DNA from: a virus
DNA: 64,000 nt
Strand: one strand, 5' to 3'
Virus record (IMG/VR): IMGVR_UViG_3300047548_001136
Coordinates: 1 to 64,000 of that record
The position numbers and the translations under genes were made by a program. Below, piece after piece: positions 37,170 to 46,202 of the stretch. Below the pieces are notes generated by a model. It was given only the letters and a program-made list of their open reading frames with translations. It did no database searches and was not told where the DNA came from. How positions within the stretch are numbered: the first letter of the stretch is position 1; each line of letters begins with the position of its first letter.

Positions 37170-37943
37170 ATGAAAGACCGTGCCATGATAATAGGTATTT
37201 GCACTGGGGGTTTTGATCCCATACACAGCGGACATATAAATTATCTAAAGGAAGCTTCAACACACTGCGATATGTTGATCGTTGGCGTAAACAGCGATCA
37301 ATGGCTTGAGCGTAAAAAAGGTAAAGCGTTTATGCCACTAGAAGAAAGAATTGCAGTTTTATCTGCATTGCGTGTAGTTGATAAAGTAATCGCATTTGAT
37401 GATAGCGATGGCACAGCAAGAGAAGCAATACGTCAAGTTAAGTCTATGTATCCATCTGCTGTTATTAAATTTATGAATGGCGGGGATAGAAACTCTGGTA
37501 ATGTTCCAGAGCAAAGTGAGGATGTTGAGTTTGTATTTGGTGTAGGCGGAGACAACAAAGCTAATTCAAGCAGTTGGATATTACAAGAGTGGAAGCATCC
37601 AAAAACAATTCGTCCATGGGGTTATTACCGTGTGCTGCATACTGAAGGCAAGCATATTAAAGTGAAAGAGCTTGTTGTCGATCCAGGCAAAACTTTAAGC
37701 AGTCAACGACATTTTTATAGAGCTGAATATTGGATCGTAAGTAAGGGCAAAGCTGCTGTTGGTATTGGTGAAGTTGAAAGCGTATTTCACCTAGAGGAGC
37801 AAGAAGATACTCACATACAAACTGGTCAATGGCATAGACTGTTCAATGACTCTGATCAACCGCTGCACCTTGTAGAAATACAACATGGTCCATTGTGTGA
37901 AGAAGAAGATATTCAAAGGCGTGATTTAGGTGGACCGCTATAA
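37170..37943 (+). CDS. cytidylyltransferase-like domain fused to mannose-6-phosphate isomerase type II cupin
   Basis: TGGFDPIHSGH (HxGH), GVNSD.WL.RKKG, NGGDR; then RPWG.Y, VK.L.V.PG..LS.QRH..R.E.W, HRL.N, EIQ.G..EEDI.R. Confidence 0.85.
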   Translation: MKDRAMIIGICTGGFDPIHSGHINYLKEASTHCDMLIVGVNSDQWLERKKGKAFMPLEERIAVLSALRVVDKVIAFDDSDGTAREAIRQVKSMYPSAVIKFMNGGDRNSGNVPEQSEDVEFVFGVGGDNKANSSSWILQEWKHPKTIRPWGYYRVLHTEGKHIKVKELVVDPGKTLSSQRHFYRAEYWIVSKGKAAVGIGEVESVFHLEEQEDTHIQTGQWHRLFNDSDQPLHLVEIQHGPLCEEEDIQRRDLGGPL

Positions 37944-38655
37944 TTTAATCGTTGTTCGCTGGGGAACACTTTACAGCGCAGAGCATGTTAATAATTTGTT
38001 TGAAGGCGCAAAGCGTTACACAAGCGTTCCTTTTAAATTCTACGTCTTTACGGATAATACTAAAGATTTACCACAAGATAAAGGGTGGCAATTTATTAAG
38101 CTTCCTGAGTACAATGCACCTGTAGATCGCGGGTGGTGGTACAAGATGGAAATCTTTAACGAGCAGCACAAATTAACTGGTAAAAATTTATACATTGATT
38201 TAGACGCAATAATCATTAAAGATCTTAAGATTTTTTGGGACCTTATTTTAACTGATGGACTATATATTTGCAGAGATTTCAACAGGCAGTTTTTGCCTAG
38301 TTATCAAGCTTGCAACAGTAGCGTGATGGGATGGAAAAACGGGGAATTTGATTACTTGTTTAGAAAGTTCATGCTCAACTCAAAAGCAAATATGGGAAAA
38401 TATCGAGGAGATCAGGACTATATCCAAGCACATGCTTTATCTAGGATATTCTGGCCAGATGATATAGCTATGAGTTGGAAATGGGAATGTTGGAGAAGAG
38501 GTAAAGTTGGGTCTGATAATTACAAGTCAGATAAGAAGCAAACCTTTATTAAGCAGGATACACGTATACTAGTTTTCCACGGGAAACCTAAACCTGAGGA
38601 CTGCGAAGATCCCCGTATGGTACAACTGTGGAAAGGCACAATAAAGCACAAGTAG
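37930..38655 (+). CDS. GT-A glycosyltransferase-like protein
   Basis: WG..Y...HVN.L, GWWYK..IF, YIDLD, NSSVM.W, GDQDYI, VFHGKPKP. Confidence 0.8.
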   Translation: MDRYNLIVVRWGTLYSAEHVNNLFEGAKRYTSVPFKFYVFTDNTKDLPQDKGWQFIKLPEYNAPVDRGWWYKMEIFNEQHKLTGKNLYIDLDAIIIKDLKIFWDLILTDGLYICRDFNRQFLPSYQACNSSVMGWKNGEFDYLFRKFMLNSKANMGKYRGDQDYIQAHALSRIFWPDDIAMSWKWECWRRGKVGSDNYKSDKKQTFIKQDTRILVFHGKPKPEDCEDPRMVQLWKGTIKHK

Positions 38656-38696
38656 ATTCTCTAGCTGTTTTCCTTTAAATAATTTGGGGAGCAGAA

Positions 38697-39125
38697 ATGG
38701 ATGCTAGGGCTAAACTTCGCAAATTAGTTAACAGCGCAGATAATCCAACGTTGGTTTTTTGTCCAACTCCGCTACAAATATCCCGTGCTTACAATATACT
38801 GAACGAATGCTTGTTTGATGGCAAGCTCAGGAAACCCTACATTATAACCAAACCAATGCGTGATGCATGGGGCTTGTGTGAAGGGGATATTTTCACAGGT
38901 GTTGATCGTTGGTACAATGATCCAGTGTGTCATCGTATTGTGATCAATGACCAATTTCCAAACCGTAAATTCTTTTTAGAAGTACTCGCTCACGAAATGA
39001 TACACCAGTACCAGTGCGAGCTGCAAAACAGGATGGACCACGGTCAAACATTTTGGGTATGGAAAAGCAAGCTAGAAAAGTACAATTTGAGGTTGTTTAA
39101 AAGCAAGGCAGAAAACCTCACATAA
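38697..39125 (+). CDS. SprT-like zinc metalloprotease
   Basis: Y..LN..LFDGKL, LAHEMIHQYQ, HG..F..W. Confidence 0.8.
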   Translation: MDARAKLRKLVNSADNPTLVFCPTPLQISRAYNILNECLFDGKLRKPYIITKPMRDAWGLCEGDIFTGVDRWYNDPVCHRIVINDQFPNRKFFLEVLAHEMIHQYQCELQNRMDHGQTFWVWKSKLEKYNLRLFKSKAENLT

Positions 39126-39195
39126 AGGCATCTTTTTGGTTGACATTTTGGCTACAGGCTTTAAGTTCTGCATATTGGACAACAGGAGCAAGCGC

Positions 39196-39420
39196 ATGTA
39201 CAAGCTAGACACATTTGTTAACACTAACGCTCCTACGCACTTTTTCCCCATTCCTAAGGCCTCTAACGTTGATCTTGACGCACTTGAGCCTCGCTTTTCT
39301 AAGCGAGTAAAGTACGATAAAGTTGTAGACGACGCCTATCCCGTTATTGTGTACGAGCTTAATAGCAAGCCCGTTGCATGGTACGATATTGAGCTCTTAC
39401 GGGGCTTTATTGCCCCGTAA
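39196..39420 (+). CDS. small early hypothetical protein
   Basis: AGGAG SD and ATG at 39196 (start moved from 39136). Confidence 0.7.
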   Translation: MYKLDTFVNTNAPTHFFPIPKASNVDLDALEPRFSKRVKYDKVVDDAYPVIVYELNSKPVAWYDIELLRGFIAP

Positions 39421-39530
39421 GTGCTTGTTTTTGTTATAGAATCTTTTTTGCGTTTTTTCGTGTTTTTTTGGTTGACGTGTCCAAAATAGGCTATATATTA
39501 AGGACATAACAGCAAAGCAAGGAGTTGCAA

Positions 39531-39818
39531 ATGGCTTACGTAGTTTATGAAGTTGAGTCCACTCGTATTGCTACCCCCAAGCCGTACGGTAAGGAATACT
39601 ATGCCACGGAAGGCGCTGCTAAGGCTGCTAAGACCCGGATGGAAAAGGGTAAGCGTTGGGCGGGTAAGGAACTCGCTGTTGCTGAGGCTGATATGTACCG
39701 TACGCTTATTGCTAAAATGGTTAAGAAAGTTAACCTGATGTCGGGCCAGGAATATTGGGAAAGCGTTAACACGCCCAACTATTGCAGCCCCGCTAGCGAA
39801 GCTTACTGGAGCATGTAA
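39531..39818 (+). CDS. small early hypothetical protein
   Basis: AAGGAG SD; C-terminal NLMSG..Y.ESVNTP.YCSPASEAYWSM motif. Confidence 0.8.
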   Translation: MAYVVYEVESTRIATPKPYGKEYYATEGAAKAAKTRMEKGKRWAGKELAVAEADMYRTLIAKMVKKVNLMSGQEYWESVNTPNYCSPASEAYWSM

Positions 39819-39917
39819 AAATTAGCCCTGCTAAGTGCTTGATTTAGCAGGGTAATCTTTTTGGTTGACATGCCCGCTTTTGGGTATATTATGTAGGTAT
39901 AACAAAGGAGCAAGCAA

Positions 39918-40073
39918 ATGGCTAAGTTTAACCGCAAGGATAACGACGGACATAAGTTTAATGTTCCTGCCAACTTGCTCGAGCAGTATTGCAACTCCAA
40001 GCGTTTCACCGAGGAATACTACAACTTGGAAGCGCAGTTTTGCAACGAGTTTGAAAAGTACATGGTAGGCTAA
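39918..40073 (+). CDS. small early hypothetical protein, 51 aa (MAKFNRKDNDGHKF...EKYMVG)
   Basis: AAGGAG SD and promoter; replaces the track ORF 39865-40068. Confidence 0.7.
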   Translation: MAKFNRKDNDGHKFNVPANLLEQYCNSKRFTEEYYNLEAQFCNEFEKYMVG

Positions 40074-40145
40074 AATACCGGTTGACACACTGTCTAGGTG
40101 TGTTATTATGTGTACATAAAGAAAACAGCAACTAGGAGATACTAC

Positions 40146-41180
40146 ATGAAGTTTGTAACCATTAAGAACGGTAGCTATCGTAACGCCCCTGTTACTAACA
40201 CTGTGTTCCCGCTTGTGAAGGGTTACACTGTTGGCGCTAAGGGTGGCTTTATTACTGTTGACGCCCGTAACGTTATTGGGTTTGAAGGACAGCCGGAGTT
40301 TATCCGTGTGAAGGTTGCTCCTAATGATTATGAAATTGTTGGTGAAGAGGATAATTTGAACAAGTTTGAGCCTATTGAGATTGCTGCTGAACCTAAGGTC
40401 GAAGAGTCCGAGGAAGCGGTAATTGAACGTATTGCCGAACGCTTTGCAATTTTGGACGAAATGACCCGCGGCACCATTAACGGTGATGTCCGCGCTATGA
40501 TTGTTGTTGGTCCTCCGGGCGTTGGTAAGTCGTTTGGTGTTGAAGCTGAGCTCCAGAAGAACGGTCTTATTGACCAGCTTGCGGGACGCCGTGCTCGTTA
40601 CCAGGTTGTTAAGGGTGCGATGACCCCGATTGGTCTTTACGCTAAGCTGTTCGAGTATAGCGAGGAAGGTAACGTGCTCGTGTTTGACGACTGCGATAGC
40701 ATCCTGCTTGATGACGTTGCTCTTAACTTGCTGAAGGCTGCACTTGACAGCTCGAAGAAGCGTACTATCCACTGGAACGCTGACAGCCGTCTCCTGCGTA
40801 GCGAAGGCATTCCTAACAGCTTTGACTTTAAGGGCTCGGTGATCTTTATCACCAACATTAAGTTTGACAATGTTCGTAGTGCTAAGCTTAAGGACCACCT
40901 TGAGGCGCTTATGTCGCGCTGCCACTACTTGGACCTGACGATTGATACGATGCGCGACAAGCTGCTCCGCATTAAGCAGATTGCAATGACCGGTACGCTG
41001 TTCCCTGCTTACGGTATGACGCATGACCAGGAGCAGGAAATCCTCGACTTTATGTTCGACAACAAGGACAAGCTGCGTGAGATTTCGCTGCGTATGGCGA
41101 TTAAGCTTGCTGACCTGCGCCGCATGTCCAACGACCGTTGGAAGGCGATTGCAACGAACACTTGCATGAAGAACCGCTAA
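40146..41180 (+). CDS. early AAA+ P-loop ATPase
   Basis: GPPGVGKS Walker A, LVFDDCD Walker B, IFITN sensor, ALMSR; AGGAG SD. Confidence 0.85.
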   Translation: MKFVTIKNGSYRNAPVTNTVFPLVKGYTVGAKGGFITVDARNVIGFEGQPEFIRVKVAPNDYEIVGEEDNLNKFEPIEIAAEPKVEESEEAVIERIAERFAILDEMTRGTINGDVRAMIVVGPPGVGKSFGVEAELQKNGLIDQLAGRRARYQVVKGAMTPIGLYAKLFEYSEEGNVLVFDDCDSILLDDVALNLLKAALDSSKKRTIHWNADSRLLRSEGIPNSFDFKGSVIFITNIKFDNVRSAKLKDHLEALMSRCHYLDLTIDTMRDKLLRIKQIAMTGTLFPAYGMTHDQEQEILDFMFDNKDKLREISLRMAIKLADLRRMSNDRWKAIATNTCMKNR

Positions 41181-41198
41181 CAAGCAACGGGAGCGACA

Positions 41199-41489
41199 GT
41201 GACCGCTCCCACCCATTTCCCAAATTTTGATAAGGATTATATGATGAAGGTAATTGAAATTAGCCCTGGACGGTTCGAGCTTGGATGCGAAATTAGTGGT
41301 CGTCCACATAGCCGCACTAACCAGTTTGGTATGTTCTGTGATGATCCAAACTGCGAGTGTGAAAAGAAGTCGATGGCTGTGATGGGAAATCTTGGTAATT
41401 TTGTAAACGCTGCTGCTAAGATGTTTGAGCAGGGTGGAGAGCTCGATGAGGACGCACTACGTAAGGCATTCTTTAAAGGTCGGAAGTGA
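41199..41489 (+). CDS. small Cys-containing hypothetical protein
   Basis: GGGAG SD with GTG start; C..SG.P....GMFC..PNCEC. Confidence 0.6.
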   Translation: MTAPTHFPNFDKDYMMKVIEISPGRFELGCEISGRPHSRTNQFGMFCDDPNCECEKKSMAVMGNLGNFVNAAAKMFEQGGELDEDALRKAFFKGRK

Positions 41490-41530
41490 TTAGTTTCCCC
41501 CTACCGTTTCTCCTAGGACGGTAGCAACTT

Positions 41531-41557
41531 GGGCAGTGGCAACACTGCCCTTTTTTT
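41531..41557 (+). terminator. rho-independent terminator
   Basis: GGGCAGT-GGCAAC-ACTGCCC hairpin plus 7 T. Confidence 0.9.
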
Positions 41558-41596
41558 GTATTGCAAAGCAGAGGCAAGAAAGCATATATTATTACT

Positions 41597-42739
41597 ATGA
41601 CACTCAGATATGTAGAAGACTATCTTGAATTTTTGTATGGCACAATGGATAAGGAAGGGAACGGAACTTCCGTATTCAATTACAGCCTTGCCAGTACCAA
41701 CAAAATTAAACTAGCCACATATGACAAGAGTCCAATATCAAGTATGGGAGCATTTTGTGCTAGGGCTAGAGCTGAGCAATACGAATCCTGTTTGACAGAT
41801 AAGCAAGTTGAACTTGCTCGAAAAATCATAACCAAATATCGTAGGCAATTCTTAGCACATGGAATTGTTTTACCTGATAACGACAGTGACCTTGAACTGC
41901 GTCATCCTATTCGCAGCATTGATCGCTCAAAATATTTGAAGCATGATGTAGAAAACAAACAAGTACACTTAAAGTTTCCGTACGATCCTAAAAAGATCAG
42001 TGCGCTGCATGACTATGTTAACTCAAGTGCTGGTAAGGCAGAATGGAGCAACGGTGATCGTCAGTGGACATTTGACTTAACAGAAGGCAACGTTGCAAAA
42101 ATTTTGAATCTCTTCCAGCAAGAAGATTTAAAGATTGATGAAACGCTAACTGATATTGTCACTGATGTGTTAACTTCAAGCGAAAAAGATTTACCTCGCA
42201 TTGCATTGCAAGACAACAAGCTAACACTTGTTAATTGTCATCCGAGAGTACAAGAATATTTGGATTCAAAACAGTGGGATCCAAACAATTTGGATAAGAT
42301 ACCTAATTGGGTTAGCCATGCACTTGCGCTTGGACTGCAAGTTGATGAGTCAATACTTGAAGCGTTAACAAACAAGTATAGCAATGATGTATTAAATATC
42401 ATTGTTAACCGTAAAGTCACACTACCAAGTAATAATCAACCAGATGGCCCTTGGTATAATACACTGTTAGCTGCAAACGATGTGCTACAAGATCATCCTT
42501 GGGTGCTATACTTAAATTGGTGGACTACTAAAACAGACTGGAAGCCATTTAAGAACATGATCGAGTATCGTGAAAAGGATAAAAACTCCTTTAGGGTTCA
42601 AAAGCAGTTTGTAGAGCTTCTACATGGTTTAGAAGATCCAATCGTAGTAGTTGACTCTGTTATTGGCAGGGATGCTATACGCAACTTTATTGAGGACAAC
42701 AGTCTTAAGGTAGTATATATTAGTGACATTGGAAATTAA
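41597..42739 (+). CDS. hypothetical protein upstream of UvsW
   Basis: LTDKQ.ELA.KI..KYRRQ and LKFPYD motifs; TTGCAA..TATATT promoter just upstream of the ATG. Confidence 0.75.
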   Translation: MTLRYVEDYLEFLYGTMDKEGNGTSVFNYSLASTNKIKLATYDKSPISSMGAFCARARAEQYESCLTDKQVELARKIITKYRRQFLAHGIVLPDNDSDLELRHPIRSIDRSKYLKHDVENKQVHLKFPYDPKKISALHDYVNSSAGKAEWSNGDRQWTFDLTEGNVAKILNLFQQEDLKIDETLTDIVTDVLTSSEKDLPRIALQDNKLTLVNCHPRVQEYLDSKQWDPNNLDKIPNWVSHALALGLQVDESILEALTNKYSNDVLNIIVNRKVTLPSNNQPDGPWYNTLLAANDVLQDHPWVLYLNWWTTKTDWKPFKNMIEYREKDKNSFRVQKQFVELLHGLEDPIVVVDSVIGRDAIRNFIEDNSLKVVYISDIGN

Positions 42740-42741
42740 GA

Positions 42742-44196
42742 ATGAAAAGATGTAAGCTCGTTCTCAAGGACGAAGTAAATGTAAAGTTTGAAGAGCTTGA
42801 CCTTGAGATGCGTAAGCTTCTCAGTAAAAAGTTTAAGTACCAAATTCCCTATGCAAGGCACTTGCCAGCAGTGCGCCTAGGGCGTTGGGATGGGTGTGTT
42901 GCTTTCTTTCAATTAGGGGGCAGCACCTATCTTAACTTATTGCCGGAGATACTTCCTATTTTAGATAGTAAGGGTTGGGATATTGAACTAGTAGACCAAC
43001 GTCAAGCAAAACCAAATTTTGAATTTGAGGAAGTAGCTGAAGGTACATTTAGTCATATCACATGGCCTAAGGGGCATCCGCAAGCAGGACAACCAATTAT
43101 GCTTCGTGATTATCAGATTGAAGTAATCAATGGTTTTCTAAAAAATCCAGGGTGTTTACAGGAAGTTGCTACAGGTGCAGGTAAGACTATTATGACTGCT
43201 GCACTGAGTAGCCGTGTTGAACCATATGGGCGTAGCATTGTTATCGTTCCAAACAAGAGTCTAGTTACACAAACTGAAACAGATTATGTTAACATGGGAT
43301 TAGATGTTGGTGTGTTCTTTGGTGATCGCAAGGAATGGAATAAAACACATACCATTTGCACATGGCAAAGCCTCAATAGTTTGTTTAAGAAGTCGCGTGA
43401 TGAAGAAGTAGAACTTACCATTGGTGATTTCATTGAAGGTGTTGTAGCAATTATTGTTGACGAAGTGCATATGGCTAAAGCAGATGCACTAAAGACGCTG
43501 CTAACAGGAGTGATGGCAAATATTCCGTTGCGATGGGGACTTACTGGTACTGTGCCAAAAGAAGACTTTGAATTTATGTCCATCAAGTGCAGTCTAGGTG
43601 ATGTTGTTAATAGACTTGCAGCAAGTGAGTTACAGGATAAAGGTGTTCTTGCACAATGTCACGTACAAATCCTGCAAACACAAGAGACGCAAGATTATAA
43701 AAACTATCAAGCTGAAATGGCATTCCTTGTAAGTGATCCAAATAGATTGGATTGGATTGCAGACAAGGTAAATGAAATGCGTAAGACTGGGAACACACTT
43801 ATTCTTGTTGATCGTATTACTTGCGGACAAGAACTAATATCTAGGATTAATGATGCAGTATTCGTTTCTGGTAGCACCAAAGCAAGTCAAAGAAAAGAAG
43901 AATATGATGAAGTTGCAGAGTCTAGCGATAAAGTTATTGTGGCTACTTATGGGGTTGCTGCTGTCGGTATTAATATTCCCCGTATTTTTAATCTTGTTCT
44001 TGTTGAGCCTGGCAAGTCCTTTGTCCGTGTTATTCAATCTATTGGTCGCGGCATTCGTAAAGCTGAGGACAAAGATTTCGTACAAATTTGGGATGTCACA
44101 AGCAACTGCAAATTCTCAAAACGTCACCTTAACAAGCGTAAACAGTTCTATAACGAAGCCAACTATCCCTTTACAGTCCAAAAGGTAAACATATGA
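42742..44196 (+). CDS. uvsW: SF2 DNA helicase UvsW-like
   Basis: LRDYQ, ATGAGKT, DEVH, GLTGT, GINIP, QSIGRG.R. Confidence 0.9.
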   Translation: MKRCKLVLKDEVNVKFEELDLEMRKLLSKKFKYQIPYARHLPAVRLGRWDGCVAFFQLGGSTYLNLLPEILPILDSKGWDIELVDQRQAKPNFEFEEVAEGTFSHITWPKGHPQAGQPIMLRDYQIEVINGFLKNPGCLQEVATGAGKTIMTAALSSRVEPYGRSIVIVPNKSLVTQTETDYVNMGLDVGVFFGDRKEWNKTHTICTWQSLNSLFKKSRDEEVELTIGDFIEGVVAIIVDEVHMAKADALKTLLTGVMANIPLRWGLTGTVPKEDFEFMSIKCSLGDVVNRLAASELQDKGVLAQCHVQILQTQETQDYKNYQAEMAFLVSDPNRLDWIADKVNEMRKTGNTLILVDRITCGQELISRINDAVFVSGSTKASQRKEEYDEVAESSDKVIVATYGVAAVGINIPRIFNLVLVEPGKSFVRVIQSIGRGIRKAEDKDFVQIWDVTSNCKFSKRHLNKRKQFYNEANYPFTVQKVNI

Positions 44197-44633
44197 TGCG
44201 GTATGCTCGAATCAATTTACAGCAAACACATTATAAAACAATTAGCGCAACACGATTAGTTTTACCAGCTGACAATATCGATAAACTTAACGCAATATAC
44301 AAGACGTATTGTCAGCATAAGAAGTTTAAGAGCGTAATGCCTATCTTTGATAGTGAGTACATGGATCCAAATAACAGGATACATGGGTATTATGATCCAA
44401 GTGATCTCGATAAATTAATTGCATTTAGCCTTATTCGTATACATGATGACGAAAATGTTGAAGCAATCCAATTTGCTTGGGATTATGAGGAGCCAGACCT
44501 TGAACTTGGTCTTAGAAGCCTGTCGCACGAATGCGCTTACTATAAAGCACTTGGGTTCAAATATTATTACCTTGGGGGCGCGGATGAATACAAGAAGCAA
44601 TTTGATGGATTTGAAATTTTAGGACCAGCATGA
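44193..44633 (+). CDS. arginyl/aminoacyl-tRNA-protein transferase C-terminal-like (GNAT) protein
   Basis: GYY....KLIAFS....E.IQFAWDY..P.L.LG..SL..E....K..G.KYYYLG resembles the ATE/Bpt C-terminal domain. Confidence 0.55.
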   Translation: MMRYARINLQQTHYKTISATRLVLPADNIDKLNAIYKTYCQHKKFKSVMPIFDSEYMDPNNRIHGYYDPSDLDKLIAFSLIRIHDDENVEAIQFAWDYEEPDLELGLRSLSHECAYYKALGFKYYYLGGADEYKKQFDGFEILGPA

Positions 44634-45130
44634 TTGAAGAATTAAAAAACGATATTAAAGATTGGGTGCTTAACTGGGTATCTGTATATAATGAACAACT
44701 AGGGCAAATTCCTTGTCCTTTTGCTAAACAAGCATTACTTACAAATAAGATTGATTATGCTACTGCAAATGACCTTGATGGCGTAAAAGGGTTATGTCAA
44801 CTATTTGCAGCAGGCGGAATCAAAAACGAACTATTCATTATTGGTATGCGTAAGGAATTGGTTTCACCTGAAAACTTGTCCACGTTTATTAAAAATGTTA
44901 ATACTACTATACTAATGCCTGCAAATTTTGTAGCTTTAGAAGATCATCCTGATGATGAAGAAATTATCAACGGGGTAAAGATGAATCAAGGAAAGTGGGT
45001 GCTAATATTAATACAGTCACTTGAAAAGATCAATCAAGCTTCTTTAATCTTACAAAAGCAGGGTTACTACGACAACTGGTCACAAGAATCGTTCGATGAT
45101 GTGGTTAGTTGGAGATTTTTGAAAGAATAA
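44630..45130 (+). CDS. DUF1415-like protein
   Basis: W...V....L...PCPFA, DHP motifs. Confidence 0.5.
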   Translation: MIEELKNDIKDWVLNWVSVYNEQLGQIPCPFAKQALLTNKIDYATANDLDGVKGLCQLFAAGGIKNELFIIGMRKELVSPENLSTFIKNVNTTILMPANFVALEDHPDDEEIINGVKMNQGKWVLILIQSLEKINQASLILQKQGYYDNWSQESFDDVVSWRFLKE

Positions 45131-45132
45131 AT

Positions 45133-45633
45133 ATGAAAATTTTAACCGCTGAAAATACTAGTTACGAAATGAATGAGCTTCCAGAATACGTGGAAGATCT
45201 AAGATTTTGTGTACTAGACAATAGTGATCCCCGTGATCCAGACTACTTTTTTATTCCACTTGTGTTTCTTGAAACATTTAATGATCCAGCACTTGTATTA
45301 AAGATTGGTAAGCATACAATTAAGATGCCATATAATTGGCAACTACTAATTGGTGAACCTGATTATGGTGATCTCGAAGTTATTCCGCTTACACGTTTAA
45401 ATGATCGAAGTTTTAAGGCGTTTACATTTAATCCAATTACAAATCAAATACCGCGTTATGAAACAATTCAAATACTAGACGTATATCAAGATGTAAAGTG
45501 GTATTTTCCTAAGTTAAAGTCGGGGCAGCTATTAGCTATCCCGCTTGATGAAAGCCCTAACCCACCTTGTGTTTACTTCGTAAAAGAAATTTCAAAGCAA
45601 AGTGAAATTGTTGACATTACTAAGGCATGGTAA
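45133..45633 (+). CDS. hypothetical protein in replication module
   Basis: DLRFCVLDNSDP, FFIPLVFLE.F..P, WYFPKLK. Confidence 0.75.
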   Translation: MKILTAENTSYEMNELPEYVEDLRFCVLDNSDPRDPDYFFIPLVFLETFNDPALVLKIGKHTIKMPYNWQLLIGEPDYGDLEVIPLTRLNDRSFKAFTFNPITNQIPRYETIQILDVYQDVKWYFPKLKSGQLLAIPLDESPNPPCVYFVKEISKQSEIVDITKAW

Positions 45634-45645
45634 TAAACAAATAAC

Positions 45646-46155
45646 ATGGCAAAAAAAGCAGCAAAGTCAGAAGATGGTATTAGTTTAGATAACGTGTTAC
45701 CAGCAGTAGATAGAAAAGATACTGATTGGTGGGAAACGTTAACTCCTAGTCAGCAAAAGAAATTTCCTGCTTGGCTGTATATGCGTTATGTTTCTAATGT
45801 ACCCGGTGATCCTGATTTAGCACGTTATTATTTGTTAGCAGTAAATGAACGGGTGAACAAAAAGTTCAGCGATGTTAAAGGGCATAACAAGCTACATTAT
45901 TTGGCTATGACTAGCGCAAGCCCAGGTATGGGGAAGCAATTTCATCAGTTCTTGCCACCCCCTAAGCTAGGTAAATCAAATAAGAAAACGCTTAACTTAC
46001 TTGAAAAATTGTTTCCAATGGCTAACGATCAAGAATTGGAACTGTTAAGTGAAATCAATAGCGGTAAAGAACTTGAACAGTATCTAATCTCAATGGGGTG
46101 GACTGACAAAGAAATTAAAGCTGCCCTAGCCAACAAAGATACAGACGAAGATTAA
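45646..46155 (+). CDS. clamp-loader small-subunit-like protein (T4 gp62-like)
   Basis: F.AWL.MRY.S, VNE.VN, H.KL.Y, KQFHQFL pattern; replication context. Confidence 0.5.
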   Translation: MAKKAAKSEDGISLDNVLPAVDRKDTDWWETLTPSQQKKFPAWLYMRYVSNVPGDPDLARYYLLAVNERVNKKFSDVKGHNKLHYLAMTSASPGMGKQFHQFLPPPKLGKSNKKTLNLLEKLFPMANDQELELLSEINSGKELEQYLISMGWTDKEIKAALANKDTDED

Positions 46156-46202
46156 GAGTATCTGTTATAACATATATAAGTGTATCAGCGATTGGTACAG
46201 TT

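Larger units (their letters stand above)
39133..40135 (+). promoter_or_regulatory. four sigma70-like early promoters, each before its own gene
   Basis: GGTTGAC(A/G) -35 at 39140, 39472, 39865, 40082; TATATT/TATTAT -10 at about 16 bp spacing in the last three; AGGAG SDs. Confidence 0.7.

Noticed and set aside
39865-40068. Track ORF of 67 aa
   Set aside because: Starts inside the -35 box; the overlapping frame 39918-40073 has the SD and ATG.
39831-41309. 492-aa minus-strand ORF
   Set aside because: Antisense to the AAA ATPase and early cassettes, which have promoters, SDs and clear motifs.
41490-41530. Possible ncRNA/tRNA upstream of the terminator (CTACCGT..ACGGTAG hairpin)
   Set aside because: A single short hairpin, no cloverleaf or recognisable family; insufficient support.
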